Assembly: GCA_951406725.2 (NCBI GenBank)
Contig: OX597823.1
Coordinates: 38,254,001-38,318,000 of the forward strand
Reading direction: 5' to 3'
From: Octopus vulgaris
Taxonomy: Eukaryota
DNA length: 64,000 bases
Below are positions 39,181 to 53,207 of the stretch, one piece after another. The position numbers and the translations under genes are program-made. Every line of letters begins with the position of its first letter. The stretch's first letter is position 1. The notes beneath the pieces are model-generated. The model did no database searches. It was not told where the DNA came from and saw only the letters and a program-made list of their open reading frames with translations.

Positions 39181-40537
39181 TATTTATATATGTGTATATG
39201 TATATGTTTATGTGTATGTGTGAATAGTATGTTCAGGAGTGTTCTGGTTGTCTTAAAGGACCCCATCATCATCCTTATCATCATCATGGTCATTGTCATC
39301 ATCATCACTACCACCACCACCACAATCACCACAACCTCCATTACCATCATCATTGTTGTCATCGTCGTCGTCATCATCATCATCATCATCATCATCACTG
39401 CTGCTGCCACCACCACCACTATCACCAACATCGCCTTGTTGTCACCACTGCCACCATCACCACCATCATCCTTGTTGGCATTGGTATTGTTAGCATCATC
39501 ATCACTATTGCCTTTAGTACCTTCATTTCTCCCTTTAAACAGTTCCCACATGTTGCTGCATGTGTAATGCAGTTTATACCTCAGCTGTCCCAATAATAAC
39601 ACTACGTACATGTACAATGGCAGCAGTGATATTCTGTTTAAAGCAATCAGTCAGTCACTCTACACTCTGTGGAGGACAGTGAAAAAGTTGGTTTAGTATC
39701 TATTGATCTACTAATGAGTAAGTAATAAATATTAAAATACGGTCTTACTTGTTACTCCTTTTTATTGATTTATTTACTTACCACATTGCTCTAATTAGTT
39801 TTGGTATTCCTTCAATGAGAAGGAAAAATTTTCTAGGATAAGAGTCAACAAATGAGATTGTAAGAAGGAATAAAATAAAAGTATGGAATAAAAAGCAAAT
39901 TTCATTAATCTTCAGAGTTGCAGTGGAACTGTGTGTGCTATTGACCAGGTTGTAGTTATGTAACAAAAATTTTGACACTTGATAAAATAATTTGAATTTT
40001 AAAATGAATTTAATAGCTTTCTGTGTTATTTAAATGGTTCATCCAAGATATAGTTGCTCCAATTTTAACATACAATCTCCAGTCAAGTCATTTGCTACAC
40101 AAATACAACTCTGAAATATGTGTGAATGCATGTGTAGTGTGTGTGGTGTATGTGTGCAAATATGTGTGTGTGTGTATGCACCCATATTTTACATTGTCCT
40201 CACCCCACCCCAAGCACTTAATCATCATCCCATCTCCACCATCATACATTTTCTCATGCTCCATGTATTATGCCTGCCTCTCTCTGCTCCACTCCACTCT
40301 TGAAACCTACCCAACCATTTGTCCTCACTCTCCCTCCCTTCCTCTCTCTCTCTCTCACCTTCCCTCTGTTTACTGCATCATCATAACTCTTTTACTGCGC
40401 TTCATCCCATCATCATTGGTACCTCCTGCTTTATACCCATCATTCACTACATCCACACTTCAACCCTACTCACTCTTCCCTACTTTCCTTACTTATCATC
40501 CACTCAGCACCTGTTCTTCATAATATCCACCTCCTTC

Positions 40538-40749
40538 AGGTGGCGAGCTGGCAGAATCATTAGCACATTGAGCAAAATGCTTAGCAGTATTTCGTTCATC
40601 TTTATGTTCTGAGCTCAAACTTCACCCCGGTTAACTTTGCCTTTCATCCTTCTGGGGTCGATAAAATAAGTACCAGTTGAGTACTGGAGTCAATGTAATC
40701 AACTAGCCCCTCCCCTGAAATTGTTGGCCTTGTTCCAAAATTTGAAACC
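40538..40749 (+). mobile_element. SINE family B with 14-bp TSD
   Basis: aatatccacctcct 40522-40535 / aatattcacctcct 40750-40763. Confidence 0.88.
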
Positions 40750-41739
40750 AATATTCACCTCCTCATCATTTCCCATCTCTCATTATTTCATACACTCTGG
40801 CAACCTTCCCTCATTCACTTCTACTCACCTTGTTGTATGTTGAGGGTCTACATAACTGTCTCATCACCATTATTCCTATTTCTTTCCTCCTCCACTATGA
40901 TTAACCCACTTCACCCTCTCTTCTAAAATGTAAGTAGCCATGTGTTTGCTCTACACCAAGAAAGCTGTTCTGCTCTGGGCCTCTTCTCTCATCTTTAACC
41001 CTTCATCTCTTAGCATAAAGCCGTATCTCCACAGAGTTATAGTCTTCTTGCAAGCTGCATGGTAACCTCACTGAGGATGGTGGCATGAAAAAAAAGCACC
41101 TGGTATACATTTATGTTCCAAAGGTCATCCAGCTGTAGAAACCATACCAAAGTAGACAATGGATAATGATGCAGTCCTCAGATCTTGTCAAACTCTCTAA
41201 TTCATACCAGCATGGAACAAGAGTGTTAAATGATGATGATGATGATGACAATGACGATGATACTGATGATATCTATCCATGCACACACACACACAAATAT
41301 ATATGCATAAATACATGTGTGTGTGTATTAGCTTTTTTTCCTGTTTGTTCCAACTTCATTCAGTCTAATTTTCTTTCATTTCTCCTGCTTAATTTTATAA
41401 CATTATTCTTTGTTTAATCATTTGAAACTAAACCCAACTCATTTCTGATACATCATTTCAACAAACATAAACTTGACTCACTCCTCACGAATAAATTAGT
41501 ATAATACCCTGAGATGGTTTTAAGCCCCACTACTAGAAGTTGGTGGTTGGGGTAGTGAGATATGATATTCTAACTTTGTCTTAGTTGTTCTATTTGTAAT
41601 TTAACTCCAGCTTAATTGTAACCAGCTAGGTTCACTCCATCTTTGGTTGCATTATTCAGAATATTCTTTTCTTCTGGTCAGTTGTGCTGGAAGGAGATTT
41701 TGTTGCTATTTTTTGGTATATCTTTGGTTTCTTTTTTTG

Positions 41740-41980
41740 TTTAAGCCTTTTGTTATCATATTCTTATTAAAATAAATTGCCTATGTTTCAGTTGGGTTTG
41801 AAAATAACAAAGAATTTAGGGAAATAACTTTTGTCATTATTAAGCTGGTGTTTGGAACATAAATGAATATGAAATTTGATGGGAAGTTTTAATTTAGACC
41901 AATTTAAAACAGGAAGTTTGGACTATAGAACCAGGGGTTCTATGATACAGGCTTCTTGGACAATTTGGTATCAAAAGGAT
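41740..41980 (+). mobile_element. piggyBac-type MITE, degraded (related copy at 49730-49928 on -)
   Basis: ttaagccttttgttatcatatt...ggtatcaaaagg; homologous to 530-1080 and 49730-49928 (..gtaacaaaagggttaa). Confidence 0.6.
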
Positions 41981-42348
41981 GGTAGGTTGTGTTGGAGGGG
42001 GATTTTGCTGCTATTTCCAGCAACATAATCGACCACAAAGGGACTCCCTTGTGTTTTCATTGTGATTCTTCTTAATAGCATAATCTTCACCAATGCCATT
42101 ATCTAAGTTTCTTTGATCTTTAGCATTTCTTTGCAACAAAATAAGCCATGGAAGTGAAAAATGGGAAGTAAATGTAAAATACATTTCTAGAAGAGATGAT
42201 GGAGGATTTATTTGACTGATTCATTGAATATAGGAATTTGAATCTCAGAGTCAGACAGATTGAGTGGGGGAGGGTTGGGAAAGAGAGTATGGGTAATAAG
42301 TTTTGGGAAGTATATTAGAAAAGTAGCAGCTTGGTAGCTAGCTACAAA

Positions 42349-42360
42349 GATAGATAGATC

Positions 42361-42435
<75 letters not shown>

Positions 42436-42461
42436 GGACGGACGGACAAGTGGACAGATGA

Positions 42462-42523
<62 letters not shown>

Positions 42524-42524
42524 G

Positions 42525-42570
<46 letters not shown>

Positions 42571-42575
42571 CAGAG
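42349..42575. repeat. (GATA)n/(GACA)n compound microsatellite
   Basis: Direct. Confidence 0.97.
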
Positions 42576-43229
42576 AGAGATAGCAAAGGAAAGAGGAGAG
42601 AGAGAGAAAAGAGAAAGAGTCAGCTATGAAGACTTGAGTTTGTAATAAGACAAATTATACATATTATCTATTACAAAAAGGTTATGAAATATTTAAGTAA
42701 ATTTCATAGCAAAGTTTCATGTAGAAGAATCAGCCCCTTGGAAAATGTGACAAAATCTTCCTGATATAGCTTTTGTTATGCTGACGATGGGGAAGATAGG
42801 TGGGAGGTAGGCTTCCAAGAGGGGATCACTTCATATAGTTATTAGATCTAGTAATAAGGTGTTCCATAAGTAGATGAGAGTAGCAAAACAATTCTATGGT
42901 TGCTACTGTTGTTGTTGTTCTTGTTGCTGTTGTCACTGTTGTTGTTTTACTCCAAGTTGACCCTGGTTAAACAGAACTATGCCCAAAAGCATTCTCCTTT
43001 TATGGTTTTTCAGGGTCAGCATCATCCAATGCATTCTTTGTTTTTAAAAGCAGAATGTAATTTGAAAATGATTTAGCTGTTGTTTCTAGCAACAACCTTA
43101 CTGGCTCCCTGCTTTCCAGAGAGGTGTAACAAAAATACATTTTTTTGTTTTAGTTTTGTTAAAAGTTATAAGCAGAGAGAGAGAGAGAATGAAAGAGAGA
43201 AAGTGAGAGAGAGAGAGAGAAAGGGGGAA

Positions 43230-43307
<78 letters not shown>

Positions 43308-44139
43308 TGACAGAGACAGAGAAAGACAGAGACAAAGAGAGAGACAGAGAGAGAGACAGAGACAGAGAGACAGATCCAATAACTTTCTTGGGAAGTTTCT
43401 ACAATGAGATAAGCAAAATTACTAAAACAATGATCCAGAAGTAAATAAATCTTAAAAGACTAAACCAATCCATTGCTATTATTTCTTTGTACTTGTTAAG
43501 AGAGCTGGAATTTAGAGATATACTGCTAAGGTGTATTAGCCAAGATGGTCTCAAGTATTACAGACATATGACTTCATGTAGTCTTCCTGTTGTTATTTTT
43601 TATATATATATTTTTTAATTTTTCTTTTAATTCCTCCTAACTGCATTCTCTATGAAAACTACAAGTGTTATTACAGTGTGATCACCACCACTATCACATT
43701 CCCCCCATCCTCACCACCATTACCATTATGACATTCATCGTGTTAGTGGTTGGAGGTTAGTTTATTAACATTTTTCATTTAAGTTTCTTCCCATGTTAAT
43801 TTTGTTTTCCCCTTAATAAATGCTATCCTACTACAATAAATTGTCAATAATAATATTCAGCTAAAAATATGGTTATAATATGGCCATTCAGTAATATAGA
43901 ATAGAAGTAATTTTTTTTGTCCTATGCCCAATCCCCAAATTTCAATACATAAGGACAGGTATGACTGTGTGGCTAAGAATATCAATATCACTTCTCAACT
44001 ACTTGGTTTCTGGTTCAGTCCTGCTTGGGTTGACCAAAGTGTAGTGAGAAAATTTGGGAAATGGAAAGCAAAAGAAGCCTGTCTTGTATGTATATATGTA
44101 TGTATGTGTGTGTGTGTGTATGTATGTGTGAGTGTTTGT

Positions 44140-44405
44140 GAAGGTGAGTGGCTTAGTGGTTAGAGCTATTCAGCTCACAATCAAAAGGCTGTGAGTTCAA
44201 TAAGCAAGACACTTTATTTCATGTTGCTCCAATCCACTCAGCTGACAAAAATGACAAATCATATTCTGTATCATACTGAAAACTACATTAAAGGTATGTG
44301 TGCCTGTGGAGTGCTCAGCCACATGCATGTTAATTTCATAAGCAGGCTGTTCCACCGATCAGATCAACTGGAACCTTTGTCGTGGTAACTGACAGAGTGC
44401 CAGAT
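44140..44405 (+). mobile_element. SINE family C, older copy
   Basis: gtggcttagtggttag...agcaagacactttatttcatgttgctcc matches the reverse complement of 35314-35641. Confidence 0.8.
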
Positions 44406-45436
44406 GATTGTTTGTCTCCTTATCTTGACATCACTCAGTGGTTACAAACAAGTAATGTCTCTTATTGCCAGTCTTTCATGGAAACATGTGATAATGAAGA
44501 TGGTTAGGATAGGTAAGAGCATTGGAGTACCCTAAATATAGTCAGAGTAAATGCTTTGTGATGTTTAACCCTAGCATCAACCCTTCTGGGTTTATATTAT
44601 ATGGTGAGTGACTTTGAATTTTGATCTTTTGAGGCTCTATGAAGTAAGAACTGTTTATGTATCAGGATTAATTCAACTCCATCCTTCTCTTCTTGACAAA
44701 ATTATGACTTGTGCCAAAGTTAAAAACCAATTTTATTATCTGGTTCATGTTTCAGATTTAAATTTTCTGTTTATTATTACATTTTCATGTTTTAATTTAA
44801 ATAATGTTATTTATTCTTTTCATTGCAACAATGGCATTGTTGAAATGAAAACAAATACTGTGTGATAAATAAGAGGATGACATATATCCCAAGAAATTCC
44901 ATTTACAATTTCTAGATTCATAAATTCTTATGATATATTGATAATATAATTAACTAATTAACTATTAGTTCCAAACCAATTCTTGACAATGTTGCGTGAT
45001 TATGTTATTTGTCTGCATTAAGATTTCCACAATACATGAGGTCTACTAATTTATAAAAGTGTTTATTTTTGTCTTTCACTGACATTTTTTGGTAAAATAA
45101 GACCATACACATTTGTCTGTGTTCTTGAAAATTAAGAAATTAACCCTCTATAAATTTATGTAGTATGACTGATTCCACTGAATTTAGGGATGTCATGTAA
45201 TTCTTTCTGATAATCTTTGAGATTGTCATTTGTAATAACCAGTAGTTCTATGTTATGTGCATTCTACGTGGATTATTTTACATACCAAAAATGTTTCCGA
45301 TTTTTTAAATCACCCTCGAAGAATGGAAGATAAAATGGAAACCAGGAATTGATCCTACAGCACAAAGAACTAACTAAAACTTCTACAGTCATGTCAATCT
45401 CTACAATCATGTATGCTACCAATATTTCATGACATT

Positions 45437-45654
45437 AAGATAGTGAGCTGACAGAATTGTTAGCGTACTGGGCAAAATGTTTAGCAGCATTTTGTCTGTC
45501 TTTACATCCTGAGCTCAAATTCCTCCAAGGTCGACTTTGCCTTTCATCCTTTCGGGGGTAGATGAAGAAAGTACCAGATGAACACTGAGTAGGGGGCCAA
45601 TGTAATCGACTTACCCTTCCCCTAAAATTGCTGGCTTTGTGCCAAAATTTGAAA
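45437..45654 (+). mobile_element. SINE family B with 18-bp TSD
   Basis: ccaatatttcatgacatt 45419-45436 / ccaatacttcatgacatt 45655-45672. Confidence 0.88.
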
Positions 45655-46119
45655 CCAATACTTCATGACATTCATTTTACAGGATTCTGGTTCTGCCAGT
45701 TTATTTTACCTTTCCTTTCCTTTTCTTAGACATTTGGTGTGATTTGTCATATGCTCTCAGTTTTCTGAATTTTTTTTTTTTTTGATAGGGAAGAGTCTTA
45801 ACAAATATTTTTTAATCTTATCAGTGATGCTTTTTATTTTATGACCCAGAATCAACCATGCCCGACAGAACAGCAGTTGATGTGTCTGGGAATGAAAATA
45901 AAGTTAAAGTTTAAAAAAAGTCACAATTTTGGTTATGAAATAAATTACAGAGAAAATATCACATTTCATATAAATACCATAAATGATAGAAGAGTTTAGC
46001 TTGTGTATGTTTAGCTTGTCTTTCTTGTCCTAAATTCTATATTCTCTATTAAATTGAGGAGAGAATGTACATCTTCTACACACAGATCTCAGAGTTCTAA
46101 TTAGAGTTAGGGCTTTTAC

Positions 46120-46275
46120 AGTTGTTTGGGGAGCTAGGTAAACATCTAATTTAGACAATGGTGCTTAGGGAGCTAGATAAACACTTTTTCCAGACAATGT
46201 TGTTTGGGGAGCTAGATAAACATCCAATACCAGGCAATGGTGTTTAGAGAGTTAGACAAACTGATATCCTAGATT
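46120..46275. repeat. ~40-bp tandem repeat, 4 units
   Basis: tgtttggggagctagataaacatctaat..agacaatgg repeated. Confidence 0.8.
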
Positions 46276-46685
46276 ACACGTAAGTGTACATAAATTATCT
46301 TTAATTCAATTCAATACCCTAAATAAATCAACAAAATTAAAAAGTGTTATAAAATCAATTTATTGATTGAATTTGAATGATTTTTTTTTCCTGTGACACT
46401 TTTCTGCAATTTCTGTAACTTTTATTCTTAGGTCTGATATATATTGTATGATTGTAACAATGCTCATGATCTATTCTTAGTCTCAAATGTTGTTAGATTT
46501 CACAAATATTTCCTTTGTCTGAGCCATTTCATACCTTTGTGCTCTTTTTTTAATTAATGTCACTAATATACTAGGTTTCCTTCAATCAACAATAAATCTC
46601 TACTTACATTCAAAACCATTTTATTTAAATAACAGAAACCATTATTCATTCATTTGGTAGACCCCTAAAATATTGATTTCCCAAA

Positions 46686-48350
46686 TCTCTCTCAATATAA
46701 AATTCTTTGTTTGTCTGTGTCTTCCCTAATCATTCTCAAACAGCTCCACCAAATCAAATTTTATAGGTGTCAACAGGTAATTTTTATTTTCATTTGGATT
46801 TAAACAATATAATATTTTCTCAAAAATGATCTTTCTGTAGTAAAGGACATTTTATACCACGATGATGATGACATATATTTCGTATATGAGTGTGTATGTG
46901 TCTGTCAGTGTATGCATGTTTGTTATGTACAAGATAGTAAAGGATGTTTTATACCCTGATGACGACAATAACAACACATTTTGTATATGAGTGTGTATGT
47001 GTCTCTCAATGTGTGTCTATTTGTGCATTCGTTACGTATGACATAGTAATGGGTATTTTATACCACCACCACCACCACCACCACCACCACCACCATGACA
47101 CATTTTGTATATGAGTGTGTATGTGTTTGCTCATTCATTAAGTACAGGATAATAAAGGACATTTTATACCATGACAATATCGATGACACATTTTATATAT
47201 GAGTGTGTATATGTTTGTCAGTGTGTGTGTGTTTGTGTGTTCATTATGTACGACATAGCAAAGGATATTTTATGTCACCACCACCACCACCACCACCACA
47301 CATTTTGTACATGAGTGTATATATGTCTGTGAGTGTGTGTGTTTGCATGTTCATTACATACAATGACATAGTAAAGGACATTTCATACCATGACGACGAC
47401 GATGACACATTCTGTATATGAATGTGTGCGTGTCTGTGAGTGTGTGTGTTTGCACATTTGTTACATAAATGTATGTCTGTGTGTGTCTGTCTTACTATAT
47501 GCATGTGAGTGTATGTGAGAGTGCATGTGTGTGTCAGTGTATGTGAGAGTGTATGTGTGTGTCAGTGTATGTGTGATTGTCAATTACACTGATGTAAGCT
47601 GGCTATGTGAAAGAGCTATACTGGCTCCAACTAATGAAATGGTTGATAAGCTCAATCACGAACTTCAAAAGTTAACAGACACTTCAGAAATTACTTTTCC
47701 ATCAATTCACACAATAGTCAATCAAAATTAGACTGTTGAAGACCCTGTTGAATTTCTGGACACACTTAAACCCACTGAGCTGCCACCACATAACTTGGCA
47801 CTAAACTGGATGCTCCCATTATATTGCTTAGGAATCTTGACCCACCTTGCCTGTGTAATGGAACTCACATAATTGTTACTTCCATGTCCAACAGGCAACA
47901 ATCATAACAGGTAATCACAAAGAAGAAAATGTATTTATTCCAAAATTTCCTCTTATACCCATTTAAGAGGCTTCAGCTTCCAGTCAAACTAAGTTTTGGT
48001 ATTTCAATTAACAAATCTCAGGGTCAATCCCTCAAGGTAGTTGGACTTCATCTCTCTACTACATGCTTCTCCCATAGTTGCTCATGATTTGGAAGCAGCA
48101 ACAGTTTATTCATTTCGATACCAACAAAAAATTACACAATGAATATTGTTCATCTGAGGTGCTTCAAGATTGACAGACTTTCAATTCTAAATCCTATTAT
48201 CATTACAATTTAGATATTTTAAAATAATTTTTTAAATAAAATATAGATATTTTGAAATGATGATGAGAAAAGTATATCTTCATATTTATTGTTCACCAAT
48301 CTGAATAAGAACAGCAGTAACCCAGGCAATGTCAGGTAATTCAGGAAATC
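46686..48350 (+). mobile_element. Non-autonomous Helitron with internal minisatellite and Pif1-type helicase remnant
   Basis: 47580-48170 reads WLCERAILAPTN..V..LN, PVEFL..L.P..LPPH.L, IILLRNLDPP.LCNGT, RLQLPVKLSFGISINKSQGQSL; 5' TC..atataaaa..tgtttgtctgt; decayed 3' hairpin acccaggcaatgtcaggt. Confidence 0.85.
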
Positions 48351-49403
48351 ATAAATTTTCTTATCTCAGTTACTATCTTTAATCTATACCCTATTTTATA
48401 TGATAACATATCTATTCATTCTCAATATGTTCTGACAGATTCAAACAAGAATAACTTGATTGCTGTTATTTTCATCATTGGAAAACATCTCCATTTAGAT
48501 GATGTCTTTTCAAAACTATGTGTGATTCACTATTATAATGGAAATTTGGGATGCCACTGTGTTTCAACCTTATTGTGTGTCTCCTCAGTCAAAGGTACTC
48601 CACTCGACCAATGAATCTGACAAGAGTACAGGTCTCTTGTTTATAGAAATCAACAAACAAGTTTGCTTCAGCAAAGAATTTGTTCGCTGATTCCTTTAAA
48701 CAAGAGCTTATACTCATCTGGTTCATTGATTTGGGGATAGCTTTTGACTGAGGAGACACAAAATATGGCTGAAGCACTAGTGTCTCAAACTCCACAAACA
48801 GTGGTGAATCACATATGTTATGAACACACATTATATAAAGGGAGGAGATGTTACCTAATGACAAAAAAAATTAAGATGTTAGCAATCAGATATTTACCAT
48901 TTGAATTTTTCAGGACATGTTGAGAATGAATAAATATATTATTGCAGAGTTCTGTGTGCTCCTTGTCAACTATTTTATATGATGCCTTAGAAGCAAGGTC
49001 TTTTCCTGTTTTACCTCAGAGGTTCATTCCTTAGAATGGATGCAATATAGGCAAATAGCCAAAAAGTTCATTTTGCAATCATGAGATTAGGGGTTTAATC
49101 CCACTGAGTAGCACCTTTGGCAAGTGTTTTACCTGGGTCAAAGAAAACCTTGTGAGTGAAAGTAGGTTGATGAAAACTATATTAAACCCCAAAGAAGTGA
49201 TTGTAAATATAATTCAAAGGTACATATTTGTCATACACTGATTCTGTCTAAGGAAAATGTTAAGTGTACATGGATCCATGGAACATTTAGCTAATCCAAT
49301 GAACAAATGAATCAGTTGAGCAAACAAGTGAAATCTCATTGTTGGAACCAATGCTGAACGATTTTGCACATTTCTACACATTTTAGTTCTAGAAATGGTT
49401 TAA

Positions 49404-49623
49404 CCCTTTAGTGTTTAAACCGGCCATATCCAGCCCAAATATTCTACATGTTTTATATTCAAACTGGTGATATCTAACCGCTCACACCTAACCTACATTG
49501 ACATTCTAAAAATAAACAATCACATCATTGAAACCCCAAAGCTATCAGATAATGCTTGATTAATTCAAAACAATTTGAGTGAAAAAGCATTACATTTAAC
49601 AGAGTAATCTGAATACTAAAGGG
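49404..49623 (+). mobile_element. piggyBac-type MITE
   Basis: TTAA|ccctttagtgtt ... aatactaaaggg|TTAA; sister copy at 56496-56716. Confidence 0.9.
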
Positions 49624-50235
49624 TTAAAGCTCACACACAACAATATAGCAGACAGAACATGAATTTGTCCTCACTAGTTTGATGTAAAACTCCATAATGA
49701 TATTTAAAATGTCTTAGTTGTTTAATCAATTTGATACCAGCCTCATTAGTACCGTCTCTGGTTTTATGATAAAAACTTCCTGTTTTAAAGTCATCTCAGT
49801 TAAAACCTTCCATGAAAATTTCATACTATGCCTCAAGCACTAGTTTGCTAATGACAAAGTTATCTAATTAAATTCTTCATTAATTAAAAAAAGTAATTTC
49901 CATAGAACTATTGTAACAAAAGGGTTAATTCACTGCACCAAAACAAAAATTAGTCATAAGACACCTACTTCTGGTATCTACTGAACATCTATATCTAACA
50001 CAGACAATATGATTTGTGTCTGACTTATTTCGATACTTAATTCATATCTTATTTGTTTTTATTTCATTTTATATGCAGTTTCTGCATCAAATTGATTAAA
50101 TACTTGGCAACAACTAACTGGATGGGCTGGAACAGTTTAAAACATCTTTTCTGTAATGTTTTCATATTTGGACATAAAAAACGACTGCTTTGACTCTAAC
50201 ATGTCTAAAGGAGGGTGTGGAGGCAAATTACATAT

Positions 50236-50276
<41 letters not shown>

Positions 50277-50279
50277 GAA

Positions 50280-51300
50280 TGTTTGGGATAAATTTGAGGA
50301 GTTTTTTATGTCTCCTTTTTTCAGAAATAGCTTCATGTATTGGTGAGTAGTCAATGGTGTTGGAGAGCATAACGCCTAAAGTTGTAGTCGAGAAAAAGTT
50401 AGCTGACTTAAAGGACTGGAAGACATTTGAATATTGGGAAAGAGTTACTTGTATCATAATGCTGGCATTATGACTGTTGCTCAATGTTCTGTATACGCTG
50501 TAAGATGTGACATGGACATCATGAAAACTGTAACAGTCACTGTGTGTCTCTAGTGAGAGTGATAGCATGCTGTCCCACATCTTTGAACAGCTCAGTTTAG
50601 GCAAGTATATGATATCTGCTGGAGACTGTGTGCAATGCCTTGTTGAACAGGATTGCTGCTAGAAGGCCATAAATGTGGCAGCAGGATCTGGTTTCTTATT
50701 TCTTTACTGCTCACAAGGGGCTGCACACAGAGGGGACAAACAGGAACAGACAAATGGATTAAGACGATTATATCGACCCCAGTGTGTAACTGGTACTTAT
50801 TTAATCGACCCCAAAAGGATGAAAGGTAAAGTCTATCCGGGCGGAATTTGAACTCAGAACGTAGCGGCAGACGAAATACTGCTAAGCATTTCGCCCAACA
50901 TGCTAACGTTTTTGTCAGCTTGCTGCCTTGGATTGCTGCTAGAAGGCCATATATGTGGCAGCAGGATCTGGTTTCTTGCTCTACCTTTGGAAATAGTCAA
51001 AGTGGTTGTTAGAAAATTTCTATGACTTCAATAGCTCCAATTTCTGGCTTCCTAATTCCCTTGATTGTAATCCCATGGAATACTATGTGTTAGATGCAAT
51101 TTGAGAAAGACACCAACTGCTCTACTTACAGCACCAAGGCTGAGCTGGTAGCCAAGATCAAGGAAGTGCTTCAAGTTCTTCTTAGGAATGCAGTGAAGAA
51201 TGCCTGCACTAGGTTTGGAGCCATCTTGAGGACGTGGTGGAAACTGAGGGTGGCTACATTGAGTAAACTGTTATCTTCCTGCCATAACCTTGAATAAAGT
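50280..51300 (+). mobile_element. Degraded DD37D/maT-like transposase remnant
   Basis: YMWQQDL, FWLPNSLDCNPMEYYV...KAELVAKIKEV...VKNACTRF. Confidence 0.7.
50698..50929 (-). mobile_element. SINE family B variant flanked by a 48-bp duplication
   Basis: Reverse-complement head aaggcagcaagctgacaaaaacgttagc; duplication at 50650-50697 / 50930-50977. Confidence 0.88.
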
Positions 51301-51596
51301 GGCATAAGATTGTCAATAAAGTTGTATAGGATTGTCAACCTTTGGATTAGAATGTGTACTACAACTGGTTTAATAATAATTGACTAAATGCATCAGAATA
51401 TGATATTAAAGGACCCAGCAGAAACATGTGTTGAAATATAATATGAAAAAAATTTAATTTTTTTAAAGTGAATTTTAAAGATGTGTAGCTCTCTATTCTT
51501 CATTATTATTGTCTTGATATAAGACAGTGAGTGAGTAGAATCGTTAGCATGCCAGGCAAAATGCTTAGTGGCATTTCAGTATATATATATATATAT

Positions 51597-51922
51597 AAAC
51601 CATCTTCTGCAAGTTCTTTCATTCAAGCATTCTTTCCCATAAACTGAGTATATGTTTTGAGTCGCTTCAGCTGCAGAGTTTCCTTTTTTGTACTCATAAA
51701 GCATTATGTACCTCAAATGCTCTTTGGATACTTTCATGTTAGAAAGGGTTTTATTCAAAGACATTTTAATTCTATTATTCTGTAAAATAATATTTCATTA
51801 ATTTAAATGTACACAAATGCATAAAAATAATTTTTAATTCCATTAGACATTCTAAAATACTATTAAATTTCATTCAATTTTTAAAAAAGGTAAAATCAGA
51901 CAGAAGTTATGGGATGACCTGA
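51597..51922 (-). mobile_element. Mariner 5' fragment, same family as 37840-39005
   Basis: Matching TIR and HLRYIMLYEYKKGNSAAEATQNI. Confidence 0.92.
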
Positions 51923-52526
51923 TATATAGAGAGAGATACATTGGTGGCAAAATATAAAGTTATTATTTCTTGAAGCATATTATATTTTTTCTATTATAAT
52001 TTATAGAAAACTTTTTCTTTGGGACATAGATTCTGAAAGCCTAACTTGTTTCTCTCGAGGATGCAACGTTTCAGAGTTTTTCTGGGGTAAACTCATGTAC
52101 GTAACTACATACATTTGCATTTATATAGTAGAATATAGCCACACACATACTCATACATACACGTTTGTGTTTGCGTGTGTGTGTGTGTATGCACATATAG
52201 GGGTCACACCTTTGGTCATGAATGACCATGGAACAGCACCTAGAAAGTAACCCTCTGAGGCACAGGTCCGAGCAAGATTGTTTATGGAAGACCAGTGGTC
52301 AGTTATGCATACCAGCCTCTCCACTCCATGCCACCGATGTTATCCAAGGGAAAGGCAAAGGCCAATATAGCTTGGCACCAGTGATGTCACAACTCATTTC
52401 TATGGCTGAGTGAACTGGAGCAACATGAAATAAAGTGTCTTGCTCAAGAACACAACATGCAGCATGACCTGGGAATCAAACTCACAACCTCACAATCGTA
52501 AGCTCGAAGCTATAACCACTGAACCA

Positions 52527-52568
<42 letters not shown>

Positions 52569-52685
52569 TCCACCTATCCATCCAGCTGTACATACATACA
52601 TACATACACACATGCATACATACATACATACATACATACATACATACATACATACATACATACATACATAAACATATATATATAT

Positions 52686-53080
52686 CATCATCATCATCAT
52701 CATCATCATCATCGTTTAACGTCCGTTTTCCGCGCTAGCACGGGTTGGACGGTTCGACCGGGGTCTGGGAAGCCAGAGGCTGCACCAGGCTCCAGTCTGA
52801 TCTGGCAGAGTTTCTACAGCTGGATGCCCTTCCAAACGCCAACCACTCCATGAGTGTAGTGGGTGCTTTTTACGTGCCACCTGCACAGGTGCCAGGGGGG
52901 TCCGGCATCGGCCACAATCGGTTGGAACTTTTAACGTGCTACCGGCACGGAAGCCAGCCAAGGCGGTGCTGGCAACGGCCACGTTTGGATGGTGCTTTTT
53001 ATGTGCCACCAGCACAGAAGCCAGTCGGGGCGGTGCTGGCATCGGCCACATTCGGATGGTGCTTTTTATGTGCTACCGGC
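52686..53080 (-). mobile_element. Family D RTE-related repeat, young copy
   Basis: (CAT)n then cgtttaacgtccgttttcc; internal tandem units; reverse complement of 6530-6910. Confidence 0.85.
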
Positions 53081-53168
53081 ACATATATATATACACACAC
53101 ACATACATAGAGAGATAGAGGAATGGAGAGTCAAGCTTTCAAATGTTTAAATTCAATACATGTATTTA

Positions 53169-53207
<39 letters not shown>

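Noticed and set aside
39051-39617. 188-aa ORF
   Set aside because: Composed of a (CAT/CAC)n tract fused to an antisense SINE A
46120-46275. Regularly spaced repeats superficially like a CRISPR array (also 10734-10840 and 6595-6745)
   Set aside because: Head-to-tail degenerate tandem units without unique spacers, no cas genes, eukaryotic context
47580-48170. Host Pif1 helicase gene
   Set aside because: Intronless, with stops and frameshifts, and inside Helitron-like termini
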